Notes under the pieces: generated by a model | Told to the model about the DNA's origin: nothing | Seen by the model: only the letters and a program-made list of their open reading frames with translations | The model's database searches: none | Shown: one piece after another, positions 31,601-38,719 of the stretch | Numbering within the stretch: position 1 is the stretch's first letter | How the letters are laid out: each line of letters starts with the position of its first letter | Made by a program: the position numbers and the translations under genes | Source of the DNA: a virus | IMG/VR virus record: IMGVR_UViG_3300025543_005580 | Location: 32,001 to 96,000 of that record | DNA: 64,000 nucleotides | Reading direction: 5' to 3' (one strand)

Positions 31601-32609
31601 AGTAAATAGCACCTGTTGTAAGACCATCTCTACCGGATGTACCTGATTCACCTGATGTACCTGATGTACCTGATGTACCTGATGTACCTGAAGTACCTGA
31701 AGTACCATTAGCACCTGAAGTACCTGCTGTAGCTGCTGCTCCACCAGTAATATCTACTAATACTCCGTTTGATCCCGAAGTTGTTACTACAACACCAGAT
31801 CCGGTAAAATTAATATCAGCATTATTTTTAGACACTAACGAACCGGTATAATATATATCAGTTTGTGTTAAATCATCTAGGAAATTTTGAACTTCAATTT
31901 GATAAGCAGCAAATTCTTGACCTGTATTTAAATCTGTAAATCCTGGGAAATTAGATTTAAACATTGGTGCTAAACTTTCGTTTTCTGAAAGAGCAACAAC
32001 TGCTATATTTTGATTTGCCCCTGGGAATAAGGTATCTCCTGATTCTGTTTCTGTGCCTTTTTCATCCCACGTTATATAAATTGAACCTTCAGAACCATTT
32101 ATTGCTCTATAATATACTTCTTCTATTGAATATTTATGAAATCTACCATTAATTGATTGATCAGAAAGATTAGCGGCTTGTCCTAAAATAGCATACTCTG
32201 GGGATAATGCCGAGTTATAATCTGAATCTTCACTACCTGTAATATCATTAAAATCAATTAATCCTTGAGGATCAGTAATAGAAGCCGATGGTATATAATA
32301 ATCTCCAACGGCTGGTGATATACGAGCTAATCCTTGAGTTTCATTAGTTGCTGGAAGAGAAGCTACTGTAATAGTATTTAATACTGTATCTACAGCTGTA
32401 ATTGTTACGCCAGAAGGGAATGCTGAAGATTCTACTAGCATTTGGCCTACACGGACAAAGTCTATATTTAGATATCCAGCAACGTCTGTTACATTTGTTA
32501 GGGTTGTTGATGCTGTTGTTGCATCAAATGTTACCCTAATATATGAATTACTTCCATTACCTATTGGTGAAGCGTTTGATAGCTTCCCATAAAAAAGTTG
32601 TCTTGCCAT
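19608..32609 (-). CDS. Giant (4333 aa) Gly/Ser/Thr triplet-repeat fibre protein with a C-terminal intramolecular-chaperone-like domain
   Basis: About 3500 aa of GTS/GSS triplets. C-terminus GTVMVW...PVLVIG.VKEGDYLVTS..VGHA...FAKALE resembles tail-fibre chaperone domains. Confidence 0.8.
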   Translation of the reverse strand: MARQLFYGKLSNASPIGNGSNSYIRVTFDATTASTTLTNVTDVAGYLNIDFVRVGQMLVESSAFPSGVTITAVDTVLNTITVASLPATNETQGLARISPAVGDYYIPSASITDPQGLIDFNDITGSEDSDYNSALSPEYAILGQAANLSDQSINGRFHKYSIEEVYYRAINGSEGSIYITWDEKGTETESGDTLFPGANQNIAVVALSENESLAPMFKSNFPGFTDLNTGQEFAAYQIEVQNFLDDLTQTDIYYTGSLVSKNNADINFTGSGVVVTTSGSNGVLVDITGGAAATAGTSGANGTSGTSGTSGTSGTSGTSGESGTSGRDGLTTGAIYYFNESVVEVSPYKQLSKDVTVSAEQSVTVSAIQNTDTKLQTYISTPFGFNVIPGGVQQFKLWATKPAINDDVELFITLKITDGSGNVLQTLGNSQPTLIGWNNNNTTPVLLETDITLVGSTIDPSYRMMVEIWVKNNENQNLNTTFYTEGTSHYSYVITTTGQIAATSGTSGIGAFPYTGSAIISGSLEVTGSFNVDTLPVQDIVNVVTYDPITGTLGYVAATSGTSGQAGSSGTTGQSGTSGTNGADGQSGVAGTSGTSGDSGTIGTSGVAGTSGTSGIDGSSGTTGAAGQSGADGTSGTSGEDGSSGTSGNAGQSGNSATSGTSGDSGTIGTSGVDGTSGTSGIDGSSGSTGAAGQSGATGTSGTSGEDGSSGTSGNAGQSGLTATSGTSGESGTIGTSGVSGTSGDSGTSGTSGESGTSGSTGSSGTTGEAGNDGISGFSGTSGTTGSSGTSGDNGIAGESGLSSTSGTSGSTGSTGTSGNAGQSGVSATSGTSGASGTVGTSGVDGTSGTSGIDGSSGTTGAAGQSGATGTSGTSGEDGSSGTSGNAGQSGASATSGSSGSSGTIGTSGVAGTSGDSATSGTTGSSGSAGADGVAGTSGESSTSGTTGSSGTSGENGIAATSGESGTSGTTGSSGTAGNSGDSASSGTSGTSGSTGTSGNAGQSAQSATSGTSGSSGTIGTSGVAGTSGESTTSGTTGSSGSNGADGIAGTSGESATSGTTGSSGSSGADGVAGTSGESGTSGTTGSSGTSGDNGIAGQSGNSATSGTSGSSGSTGTAGNAGQSGLSATSGTSGSSGTIGTSGVAGTSGDSATSGTSGSTGSSGTVGEAGASADSATSGTSGSSGSSGTAGDAGASADSATSGTSGSSGSSGSTGTAGNAGQSGLSATSGTSGSSGTIGTSGINGTSGASATSGTTGSSGSNGADGISGTSGASATSGTTGSSGSNGADGISGTSGESGTSGSTGSNGTVGESGNSATSGTSGSSGSTGTAGNAGQSGLSATSGTAGSSGTIGTSGVAGTSGASASSGSSGTSGSSGSSGTAGDAGASALSATSGTSGSSGSSGTAGDAGASALSATSGTSGSTGSNGTAGNAGQSGNSATSGTSGSSGTIGTSGVAGTSGDSATSGTTGSSGSAGADGIAGTSGISATSGTTGSSGTSGADGVAATSGESGTSGSTGSSGSAGQSGNSETSGTSGSSGSTGTNGNAGESGLSATSGTSGSSGTIGTSGVAGTSGNSETSGSSGTSGSTGSSGTAGEAGASALSETSGTSGSSGSSGTAGEAGASADSATSGTSGSSGSNGTAGNAGQSALSATSGTSGSSGTIGTSGVAGTSGDSATSGTTGSSGTSGENGIAGTSGISATSGTTGSSGTSGENGIAATSGESGTSGSTGSSGTTGESGDSATSGTSGSSGSTGTSGNAGESGLSDTSGTSGSSGTIGTSGVAGTSGNSASSGSSGTSGSSGSTGTAGDAGESALSATSGTSGSSGSSGTAGEAGASAESATSGTSGSSGSSGSNGTAGNAGQSALSATSGTSGSSGTVGTSGVAGTSGNSASSGSSGTSGSTGSSGTAGEAGASALSATSGTSGSTGSSGTAGDAGASALSATSGTSGSSGSNGTAGNAGQSALSATSGTSGSSGTIGTSGVAGTSGASATSGSAGTSGSSGSTGTNGTSGVAGTSGNSETSGTSGSTGSSGTAGDAGASALSATSGTSGSSGSNGTAGNAGQSALSATSGTSGSSGTIGTSGVAGTSGNSETSGTSGSTGSSGTAGDAGASALSNTSGTSGSSGSSGTAGEAGASALSATSGTSGSSGSTGSNGTSGNAGQSGLSATSGTSGSSGTIGTSGVAGTSGDSASSGSSGTSGTSGSTGSNGTAGEAGASALSATSGTSGSTGSSGTAGDAGASALSATSGTSGSSGSNGTTGNDGQSGLSATSGTSGSSGTIGTSGVAGTSGNSETSGTSGSTGSSGTSGEAGASALSATSGTSGSSGSNGTAGEAGASALSATSGTSGSSGSTGSNGTNGNAGQSGLSATSGTSGSSGTVGTSGVAGTSGASASSGSSGTSGTSGSTGSNGTAGEAGASALSSTSGTSGTSGSTGSSGTAGNAGASALSATSGTSGSSGSNGTSGNAGQSALSATSGTSGSSGTIGTSGVAGTSGNSASSGSSGTSGSSGSTGTAGDAGASALSATSGTSGSSGSSGTAGDAGASALSATSGTSGSTGSNGTSGNAGQSGLSATSGTSGSSGTVGTSGVAGTSGNSTTSGSAGTSGTSGSTGSNGTAGEAGASALSATSGTSGSSGSSGTAGDAGASALSATSGTSGSSGSNGTAGNAGQSALSATSGTSGSSGTIGTSGVAGTSGNSSTSGTSGSTGSTGTSGNAGESGISNTSGTSGTSGSTGSNGSIGASGASATSGSAGTSGSSGSTGSNGTSGNAGQSGLSATSGTSGSSGTVGTSGVAGTSGASASAGTSGTSGSSGSTGSSGTAGEAGVSALSATSGTSGSTGSSGTAGNAGASALSATSGTSGSSGSNGTAGNAGQSALSSTSGTSGSSGTIGTSGVAGTSGNSETSGTSGSTGSSGTSGDAGASALSATSGTSGSSGSNGTAGNAGASALSATSGTSGSSGSTGSNGTSGNSGQSGLSATSGTSGSSGTVGTSGVAGTSGNSETSGTSGSTGSSGTAGDAGASALSNTSGTSGSSGSNGTAGNAGDSALSATSGTSGSSGSSGSSGSNGTSGNAGLSGLSATSGTSGSSGTIGTSGVAGTSGLSATAGTSGTSGSTGSNGTAGNAGASALSATSGTSGTSGSTGSNGTAGNAGASALSATSGTSGTSGSTGSNGTTGNAGLSGLSATSGTSGSSGTIGTSGVAGTSGLSATAGTSGTSGSTGSNGTAGNAGASALSATSGTSGTSGSTGSNGTAGNAGASALSATSGTSGTSGSTGSNGTTGNAGLSGLSATSGTSGSSGTIGTSGLAGTSGLSKTSGTSGSTGSNGTSGNAGVAGASALSATSGTSGSSGSSGTTGNAGASALSKTSGTSGSTGSNGTTGNAGQSGLSATSGTSGSSGTVGTSGVAGTNGLSALSGTSGSTGSNGTSGNAGANGTSNVSGTSGSTGSNGTSGVAGNNGTSNISGTSGSSGSNGTNGASGASRTSGTSGSSGSTGTTGNAGQSGLSATSGTSGSSGTIGTSGVAGTNGLSRLSGTSGSSGSNGTTGNNGTNGLSRFSGTSGSSGSNGTSGVNGASGISRTSGSSGTSGSSGSNGTTGNAGLSGLSATSGTSGSSGTIGTSGVAGTSGLSRVSGTSGSTGSNGTSGNAGANGTSNVSGTSGSTGSNGTSGNAGANGTSNVSGTSGSTGSSGTSGNNGASGASRTSGTSGSSGSTGTNGNNGASGISRTSGTSGSSGTSGNNGVSGASKTSGTSGSTGSNGTTGNAGLSGLSATSGTSGSSGTIGTSGVAGTSGLSRTSGASGSTGSNGTSGVNGTSGLSRVSGTSGSSGSNGTSGVNGASGISRTSGTSGTSGSSGSNGTIGNAGQSALSATSGTSGSSGTIGTSGVAGTSGLSRVSGTSGSSGSNGTSGVNGGNGLSRLSGTSGSSGSNGTSGVNGASGASRTSGTSGSSGTSGNTGTNGLSRASGTSGSTGSNGTSGNTGTNGLSKLSGTSGSSGSNGTTGNNGTNGLSRVSGTSGSTGSNGTTGNAGLSGLSATSGTSGSSGTIGTSGVAGTSGLSRLSGTSGSTGSNGTSGVGGASGVSGGSGTSGTSGIDGTSGISGNVGTSGTYVSIIAGSGLTGGGALSTDRTLNIGSGTGITVNANDIAINWSNTANNGEIVSYNAGRPNRLTVANYTAPDFNWDGNMNPIQDRVWDIGRPDLCWRDVWAIAFNTCGIFEQNLAGNNKEDNNNHELGTVMVWKDGDLVPCTNEKDHMRMGVMVPDKNIPIVQGAEPVLVIGIVKEGDYLVTSDKVGHAKAITREEMINENLQDVVFAKALESGSGDSYVINAYINI
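22741..23397. repeat. Near-exact 315-bp (105-aa) tandem duplication inside the giant fibre gene
   Basis: CTTAATCCTGATAAACCAGCATTACC at 22741, 23056 and 23371. Confidence 0.85.
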
Positions 32610-32647
32610 TTTATACTAGTATGTTATGATCAATTTGAATATTCCAG

Positions 32648-32656
32648 TATAAATAT
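32648..32656 (-). promoter_or_regulatory. Putative late promoter (giant fibre)
   Basis: Conserved motif directly after a terminator. Confidence 0.7.
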
Positions 32657-32659
32657 GAT

Positions 32660-32686
32660 AAAAAAAAGCCCCAAATTGGGGCTTTT
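32660..32686 (-). terminator. Rho-independent terminator, possibly bidirectional
   Basis: AAAAGCCCCA-AAT-TGGGGCTTTT with an A/T run on both sides. Confidence 0.8.
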
Positions 32687-32709
32687 AAAAATAATTTTAT
32701 TTTTTTATT

Positions 32710-34737
32710 TTAGAAATGCATTGTATATAATAATGAACCAAATAAATCTAAACCACCGGATAAAGTATAAACATTATGATTAGCAGATGTGCTAAAAGTA
32801 ATACCACCAGCATTTATTTGAGATGAATTAGAACCACCAACATTAAAGAATTGACATTGGGCAACATTTCTAGTATCTAAACTATTATTTTTACCAGCAC
32901 CATTTTCTAAAGCATTAGAAGGTAAAGTAACTGTAATAGTACCTGTATCCGATGAATTAATAAATACTTGGAGAGATAATAATTGGCAATTTCCTGCACT
33001 TGGTGCTTCAATAGTTAATGCTGTTTCACTTACTGCTGTTACATCAAAAGCTGGTATATAAACACCTGCTGTTCCACTTGTATCTCCTGAATCTGCTACA
33101 GTACAAGTAAATGTATTAGTACCTGTTGAAGTAATAGAAACATAAACATAATCTACATTAAAGTTTCTTAATACAACATAATCTCCAGTTGTTAAACCAT
33201 GTGATGTTGAAGTTACCGTTAATGTAGTACTTGAACGAGACCAACTTAATCCACTAATAGTATTACCAGCAGACATTAATTGTGCTTTATCTGAACCACT
33301 AGTTACTTCATATCTAACTACATTAGTATATGGAGTACCACCTCCACCGGCAGCACTAGTACCTGAAGTACCGGCAGCACCACTTGTTCCAGATGAACCT
33401 GGGTTACCTTGAGCACCTGTTTCTCCACTTGTTCCTGATGAACCTGAATCTCCTGAAGTACCTGATGTACCTATTGCTCCATTAGCTCCACTTGTACCTG
33501 ATGTACCTATTGCTCCATTAGCACCTGAAGTACCTGATGTACCTGGGGCACCTGTATCTCCACTTGTTCCTGAAGTACCTGGAGCACCTGCGGCTCCATT
33601 ATCACCTGAAGTACCTGATGTACCTGGATTACCTTGAGCACCTACTTCTCCTGAAGTACCTGATGTACCTACAGCACCTGCAGCTCCACTTGTTCCTGAA
33701 GAACCAGGAGCACCTGCTGCACCTGCGTCTCCTGAAGTACCTGAAGTACCTGGAGCACCTGTGGCTCCATTATCACCTGAAGTACCTGAAGTACCTGGAT
33801 TACCTTGAGCACCTACTTCTCCTGAAGTACCTGATGTACCTGGAGCACCTGCGGCTCCATTATCACCTGAAGTACCTGATGTACCTGGAGCACCTGCGGC
33901 TCCATTATCACCTGAAGTACCTGAAGTACCTGGAGCACCTGCGTCTCCTGATGTACCTGAAGTACCTGGAGCACCTGGAGCACCTGCGTCTCCTGAAGTA
34001 CCTGATGTACCTGGGTTACCTGCAGCTCCTGTGTCTCCTGAGGTACCTGAAGTACCTGGAGCACCTGCGTCTCCTGATGTACCTGAAGAGCCAGCATTAC
34101 CTGAAATTCCTGATGTACCGGATGTACCTATGGCTCCATCTTCTCCTGAAGTACCTGATGTACCTGGAGCACCTGCGACTCCATTATTACCTGAAGTACC
34201 TGAAGTACCTGGGGCACCTGTATTTCCTGAGGTACCTGAAGTACCTGGGGCACCTGTATTTCCTGAGGTACCTGATGTACCTGGAGCACCTGCGACTCCA
34301 TTATTACCTGAAGTACCTGAAGTACCTACTGCACCTGCAGCTCCATCAGCACCCGAAGTACCTGAAGTACCTACTGCACCGGCAGCTCCACTTGTTCCTG
34401 AGGTACCTGTAGCTCCTGATTCACCAGACGTACCTGATGAACTTGCACCACCTGATATTGTTATACTAGCTACACCTGCTGCTATATCAACACTATCAAC
34501 TGCTGTACCAGCAAAGTTAAGTGTTGATGCTGTACCTACTGCTGAACCAGTATATTGTATTGGAATTAAACCACTACCACCTCCTCCGGAACCGGAGACT
34601 GCGGGATATACATTACCCTGATAGTCTTTAATATATAAACGACCTAGGTCAGTTGGTTCAGAAAAAAGTGCTACAGATCCAGATGCTGGATTTGTTATAC
34701 TTCCTGATGGGGTTGATTGTTGATTTATTTGAGCCAC
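32710..34737 (-). CDS. Gly-X-Y (GTS/GAP) fibre or decoration protein
   Basis: About 370 aa of GTSGTSGDNGAAGAP repeats; C-terminal beta domain with TVTSTSHGLTTGDYV. GTG start. Confidence 0.8.
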   Translation of the reverse strand: MAQINQQSTPSGSITNPASGSVALFSEPTDLGRLYIKDYQGNVYPAVSGSGGGGSGLIPIQYTGSAVGTASTLNFAGTAVDSVDIAAGVASITISGGASSSGTSGESGATGTSGTSGAAGAVGTSGTSGADGAAGAVGTSGTSGNNGVAGAPGTSGTSGNTGAPGTSGTSGNTGAPGTSGTSGNNGVAGAPGTSGTSGEDGAIGTSGTSGISGNAGSSGTSGDAGAPGTSGTSGDTGAAGNPGTSGTSGDAGAPGAPGTSGTSGDAGAPGTSGTSGDNGAAGAPGTSGTSGDNGAAGAPGTSGTSGEVGAQGNPGTSGTSGDNGATGAPGTSGTSGDAGAAGAPGSSGTSGAAGAVGTSGTSGEVGAQGNPGTSGTSGDNGAAGAPGTSGTSGDTGAPGTSGTSGANGAIGTSGTSGANGAIGTSGTSGDSGSSGTSGETGAQGNPGSSGTSGAAGTSGTSAAGGGGTPYTNVVRYEVTSGSDKAQLMSAGNTISGLSWSRSSTTLTVTSTSHGLTTGDYVVLRNFNVDYVYVSITSTGTNTFTCTVADSGDTSGTAGVYIPAFDVTAVSETALTIEAPSAGNCQLLSLQVFINSSDTGTITVTLPSNALENGAGKNNSLDTRNVAQCQFFNVGGSNSSQINAGGITFSTSANHNVYTLSGGLDLFGSLLYTMHF

Positions 34738-34776
34738 GTGTTAAACTATTTTAGTTATAAATATTATATACTTTTA

Positions 34777-35082
34777 TTAGAAATTACTTTCTTCTGCATT
34801 TATTAATACTCCATTGTTTTCAATAGTACCTTCGTTTGTTAATATTGTTGCTATTTGAAGGAGACCATCTGAGTAAAATGTTTGATTACCCACTATTACT
34901 GCCGATCCTGATTCTATTACTACTAAACCGAAATTAAAAAAATCAAACCCATAAAGTTGATCATTTTCCTTTACAATTAAAGTCTGGCCTGCATATAAAA
35001 AACGAGGAACCCTGCCTGAAATAGCAGCGGATTGTGCAAATGCAGTTACTGGGACTTGATCTAAGAATCTAACGTTAGCCAT
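34777..35082 (-). CDS. Hypothetical structural protein
   Basis: 101-aa ORF with a late motif at 35101-35109. Confidence 0.65.
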   Translation of the reverse strand: MANVRFLDQVPVTAFAQSAAISGRVPRFLYAGQTLIVKENDQLYGFDFFNFGLVVIESGSAVIVGNQTFYSDGLLQIATILTNEGTIENNGVLINAEESNF

Positions 35083-35126
35083 GTTATAGTGTTTATCCTA
35101 TATAAATATGATAATATTTTATTTAA

Positions 35127-35600
35127 TTAATCTCTTACACAGAGAAATTTTGAATTAGACCCTGCGGATCCAGATAACCATAATTCCCCTGGTGTGGTTG
35201 GTTCGGAGGTAGGAAGATTACTCATAATTACTCTACCTCTTATATAATTAGTACTAGTATTATTATAATTTAGATGAGTTATAGTACCATCTTCATTAAT
35301 TAATCTAAATTCACCATCAATACTAACTGCAGCCGTTGTATCTGCAGATGATTGAGTAACGGAAAGTGTTACTAATTTTTCCGCTGCACCTGATGGGATG
35401 TTATTATAACCTACAAATACATTTTCTTTAAATAAATTTATATCGGAAAAACCATTAATTGATCCTGAAAGAAATGGTAAACTGTCTGTTAGATTAATCA
35501 TGTTATTTCTAACGTCACCAGCACCAATAGCACCTGTATTATTATCTGCTAAATCAGTATTGATGTTCGATTGTAATGTTGTTTTGTTTTGTTGTGCCAT
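35127..35600 (-). CDS. Hypothetical structural protein
   Basis: 157 aa; LPTSEPTTPGELW resembles fibre/collar motifs. Confidence 0.6.
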   Translation of the reverse strand: MAQQNKTTLQSNINTDLADNNTGAIGAGDVRNNMINLTDSLPFLSGSINGFSDINLFKENVFVGYNNIPSGAAEKLVTLSVTQSSADTTAAVSIDGEFRLINEDGTITHLNYNNTSTNYIRGRVIMSNLPTSEPTTPGELWLSGSAGSNSKFLCVRD

Positions 35601-35616
35601 TATTATATATTATTAA

Positions 35617-36585
35617 TTATGAAAATCCTTTATCAAATGCGTCTGAAAATTCGTTATTTCCTGAGGGTAGAGGAGCAACATAAGAACTAATTACTTTTTT
35701 AGTTGTTTCTACTCTATCACCATTTACAACACCATCATAAAATTCAGGACCCATTTCTGTTTCTAATGAGAAAATGAGTTTTGTTTTTTCAGTGTATTTT
35801 TTTATACCATTTAAATCACGTTGTATTATTTCTGGGATTATGTATCCGTTAAGAGTTATGTCAAAGGTACTACGAACTATACGTTCATCATTTTTAACTA
35901 ATTCTGTTTGAAAAGCAAATGAATCAATCATTGCTTTAAATTGATATCTTTCAGGATTACCCCAATAAGCATCTGAAGCGTATTGTATTGCTTCTACTAA
36001 GCCATTTAATTGTTCTACATAATAAGTAAAAAGAGTACATGAATATGTTACTGTAACATAATCAGGAACAGCAGATGCATAAAATTGTTTTTGAGGTATT
36101 CTATTATTTAATACTGTAAATTGATCGTAAGCATTTCTTCTATCATATTTTTTAGTAGATACAGTAAACAAATTTGGTTGATTAGCATCTAATTTATTTG
36201 CAATACTTCTATTTTTAGTAATAGTATTACGCTTAAACATAATTAAAGGGGCCATTATTTTACCCTTTAAATCTCTATAATAACCATCCTTTTGCATTGA
36301 CTTCCATTTTTCAGGAGAACCATATATAATAGGGACTGGTAAACGTTCACCATTTTGTATGACTGTAGGTTTGATTACATTTTCAAAATAATAAAATATA
36401 GATTCGTCTATATCTTGAATACCAACAGAAAATGGTTTTACATTATCTCCAGACCATGATGTTTTAGTACCTCTATTGAAGGTATCATCAGCTGAATTAG
36501 GATTACCTGCTGCTCTATCATAAGCAACGTGTTGGTCTTCACTAATTTGTCTTTGTGTTTTTGGTACTGGTTTTCTTTCTGCCAT
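35617..36585 (-). CDS. Tail terminator/sheath stabiliser (gp15-like)
   Basis: VPIIYGSPEKW and PDYVTVTY motifs; follows the neck genes. Confidence 0.7.
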   Translation of the reverse strand: MAERKPVPKTQRQISEDQHVAYDRAAGNPNSADDTFNRGTKTSWSGDNVKPFSVGIQDIDESIFYYFENVIKPTVIQNGERLPVPIIYGSPEKWKSMQKDGYYRDLKGKIMAPLIMFKRNTITKNRSIANKLDANQPNLFTVSTKKYDRRNAYDQFTVLNNRIPQKQFYASAVPDYVTVTYSCTLFTYYVEQLNGLVEAIQYASDAYWGNPERYQFKAMIDSFAFQTELVKNDERIVRSTFDITLNGYIIPEIIQRDLNGIKKYTEKTKLIFSLETEMGPEFYDGVVNGDRVETTKKVISSYVAPLPSGNNEFSDAFDKGFS

Positions 36586-37169
36586 TATAGTCTTGCTAAT
36601 TTAATATTAACTCTATCTGCTGGTACATAATGTGCTTGACATATTACCGATATAGATGAACCAAAATTCCCTAAATTAAATTCGCCAGGGGCTGATAATG
36701 GGTTATTTCCATCATCATCATTAAATGGATAATCTGGGTTTAATCCTCTAAAGAATTGGTTTGAATTAGTATTATCTACTTCCCAATATCCATTTTGATA
36801 CATAATTATATCACCTACTTCAGGAACCAAATTAGCTCCATATATGTTTGAGAATTCAAAATCATAATTAAAATCCCAATCCATTTTATTTAATAAATCG
36901 TCTCTTAAAAATTTAAAAGTAATAGACCATGAAAAATCAACACCCATATCACTTTCGGGAAACTCTTGGTCACTACGTTCTATTAAACATGATAGTATTA
37001 CAGGATCAGCAAAATATCTACCTTCAGCGGCTTCACCATACATGTTTACTTTTGTTTCTTTAATCATATATTTGTAATATACACATTCCTCGGAAATGAT
37101 ATTACTAATCAATTCGCGGTTAATGTTTCTAAAGAAACTAATATCTCTTGCTTCGCCGTATAATGCCAT
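36585..37169 (-). CDS. Neck/head-closure protein (gp14-like)
   Basis: NMYGEA, PEVGDII.Y..GYWEV motifs; position in the neck module. Confidence 0.7.
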   Translation of the reverse strand: MALYGEARDISFFRNINRELISNIISEECVYYKYMIKETKVNMYGEAAEGRYFADPVILSCLIERSDQEFPESDMGVDFSWSITFKFLRDDLLNKMDWDFNYDFEFSNIYGANLVPEVGDIIMYQNGYWEVDNTNSNQFFRGLNPDYPFNDDDGNNPLSAPGEFNLGNFGSSISVICQAHYVPADRVNIKLARL

Positions 37170-37170
37170 A

Positions 37171-38679
37171 TTAACCTATAAAAATTGTCATTGGTACATT
37201 GTTTATTTCAGCAACACGTGCTACTGATTCTGCTTGTCTTCTTTCAAGTAATGCTTGACGTGAAGTTTCATTAAAGTATGTTCTTAATCTTTCAATTAAG
37301 GCATTTTTTTCTGCTGTAGCTGCTGATAGTAGATCACTTTGGTTTAATGTTACTTCAGCTCCTGGAATAGGGACTGTGGCATATTTACCTCTAACATATC
37401 CTAAAGTTTCTTTTACAATAGCTAATGTATACTCAAATATCCAACTTCTACCCACTGAATTTATTTGGGAATATATTGGGTTATTATATGGGGCGTTTGA
37501 TTCATTTGTTATTTTAGAAGGAGCATCAGTTAATGCTGCGTTTGTTCTAGCATCTAATTCTACATAATTAAACCATAATTTAGCAGGATTACCTATATTA
37601 CGATTAGTAATATCATCTTCTTGTAGGGTATATATTGCTGAGGTTGAATTAAGGCCTAATTTAGTAGCGGGGATTGTTAAAAAATCTCCTTTTTTATATC
37701 CACTACCAGCTGTTGTTACAGTAATACTTGTAATAGCTCCACTAGAAACTGTTACTATTAAAGTAGCATTAGTACCACCTCCATTTGTTGTTGGAATAAC
37801 AGTATAAGTTCCATCAGTTGTATTTGTAGGAGGAGTTGTTATTGATGTTAACAATGAATCTACGGTTGTTACTAAGGCTCCTGATGCTTGATTTTGGAAA
37901 GTTGGTATAGGAAATATTCTTAATTTATTATTAATTAGCTGGAAGGTATAATTGGATAATCTAACTTGATTTGACATTTCAATCGCTTGGATAGTTTGCA
38001 TATCAAAGCTTAAAGGCATCATCAAAAAGTTAATTCCAGGACCATATCCTAACCCAGCAAATCCAAATGCTGTTGCTCCACCAAATCCACCTCCTTGACC
38101 TGCCCAAGGAGAATACATTTCACTTACCGCTGGGGTATCTTGGTAAAATACTTGTTTTACTTCTATCCCACCTGTTATATTTTGATTTTCAGCCCATTGG
38201 GCTAAATCATAATCTTGGATACCTGCTTCTAAAGCTATTGAACCACTTTTCCAATCTACATTCCCACCAGTACCTGCTTCCTCGCCGTATTGTAAAGATA
38301 ATCTAACTATATTATCAAATGAGGGTGTTACTATAGAATGGTTTATATCAGGGCCTGTTGAACTATAAGGATTATCACCTCCTTCAATAGATAACATATT
38401 ATCTCTTACTTTAAAAGCATATAATTCATTACCATACACAGTAACTGCTTCTTCAAAGGATGCCCAAAATTGAATATCTTGTAATTCTACATTTTCAATA
38501 GGATAACCTAATCTTCTAGCGCAAAAATCAGTAACACGATTTGCATCACTTTTAAAATCAGAATCACTATCATAAAACCCAAAGGGAGTTGGTGAACTGC
38601 CTGTTGGTGGGGTATTATAAAAGGATGCTGATGCTACTGTAAAATCAACAGATCCACTATATATAGGAATATTAGCCAT
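37171..38679 (-). CDS. Neck/head-tail adaptor protein (gp13-like) with an inserted beta module
   Basis: RRLGYPIENVEL and WIFEYTLA..KE.LG.VRGKY..VPIPG..VTLN motifs. Confidence 0.8.
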   Translation of the reverse strand: MANIPIYSGSVDFTVASASFYNTPPTGSSPTPFGFYDSDSDFKSDANRVTDFCARRLGYPIENVELQDIQFWASFEEAVTVYGNELYAFKVRDNMLSIEGGDNPYSSTGPDINHSIVTPSFDNIVRLSLQYGEEAGTGGNVDWKSGSIALEAGIQDYDLAQWAENQNITGGIEVKQVFYQDTPAVSEMYSPWAGQGGGFGGATAFGFAGLGYGPGINFLMMPLSFDMQTIQAIEMSNQVRLSNYTFQLINNKLRIFPIPTFQNQASGALVTTVDSLLTSITTPPTNTTDGTYTVIPTTNGGGTNATLIVTVSSGAITSITVTTAGSGYKKGDFLTIPATKLGLNSTSAIYTLQEDDITNRNIGNPAKLWFNYVELDARTNAALTDAPSKITNESNAPYNNPIYSQINSVGRSWIFEYTLAIVKETLGYVRGKYATVPIPGAEVTLNQSDLLSAATAEKNALIERLRTYFNETSRQALLERRQAESVARVAEINNVPMTIFIG

Positions 38680-38689
38680 ACTTTTTGAT

Positions 38690-38698
38690 TATAAATAT
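38690..38698 (-). promoter_or_regulatory. Putative late promoter (neck operon)
   Basis: Conserved intergenic motif. Confidence 0.7.
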
Positions 38699-38719
38699 TG
38701 AAGAAAATTGAACTAATTA

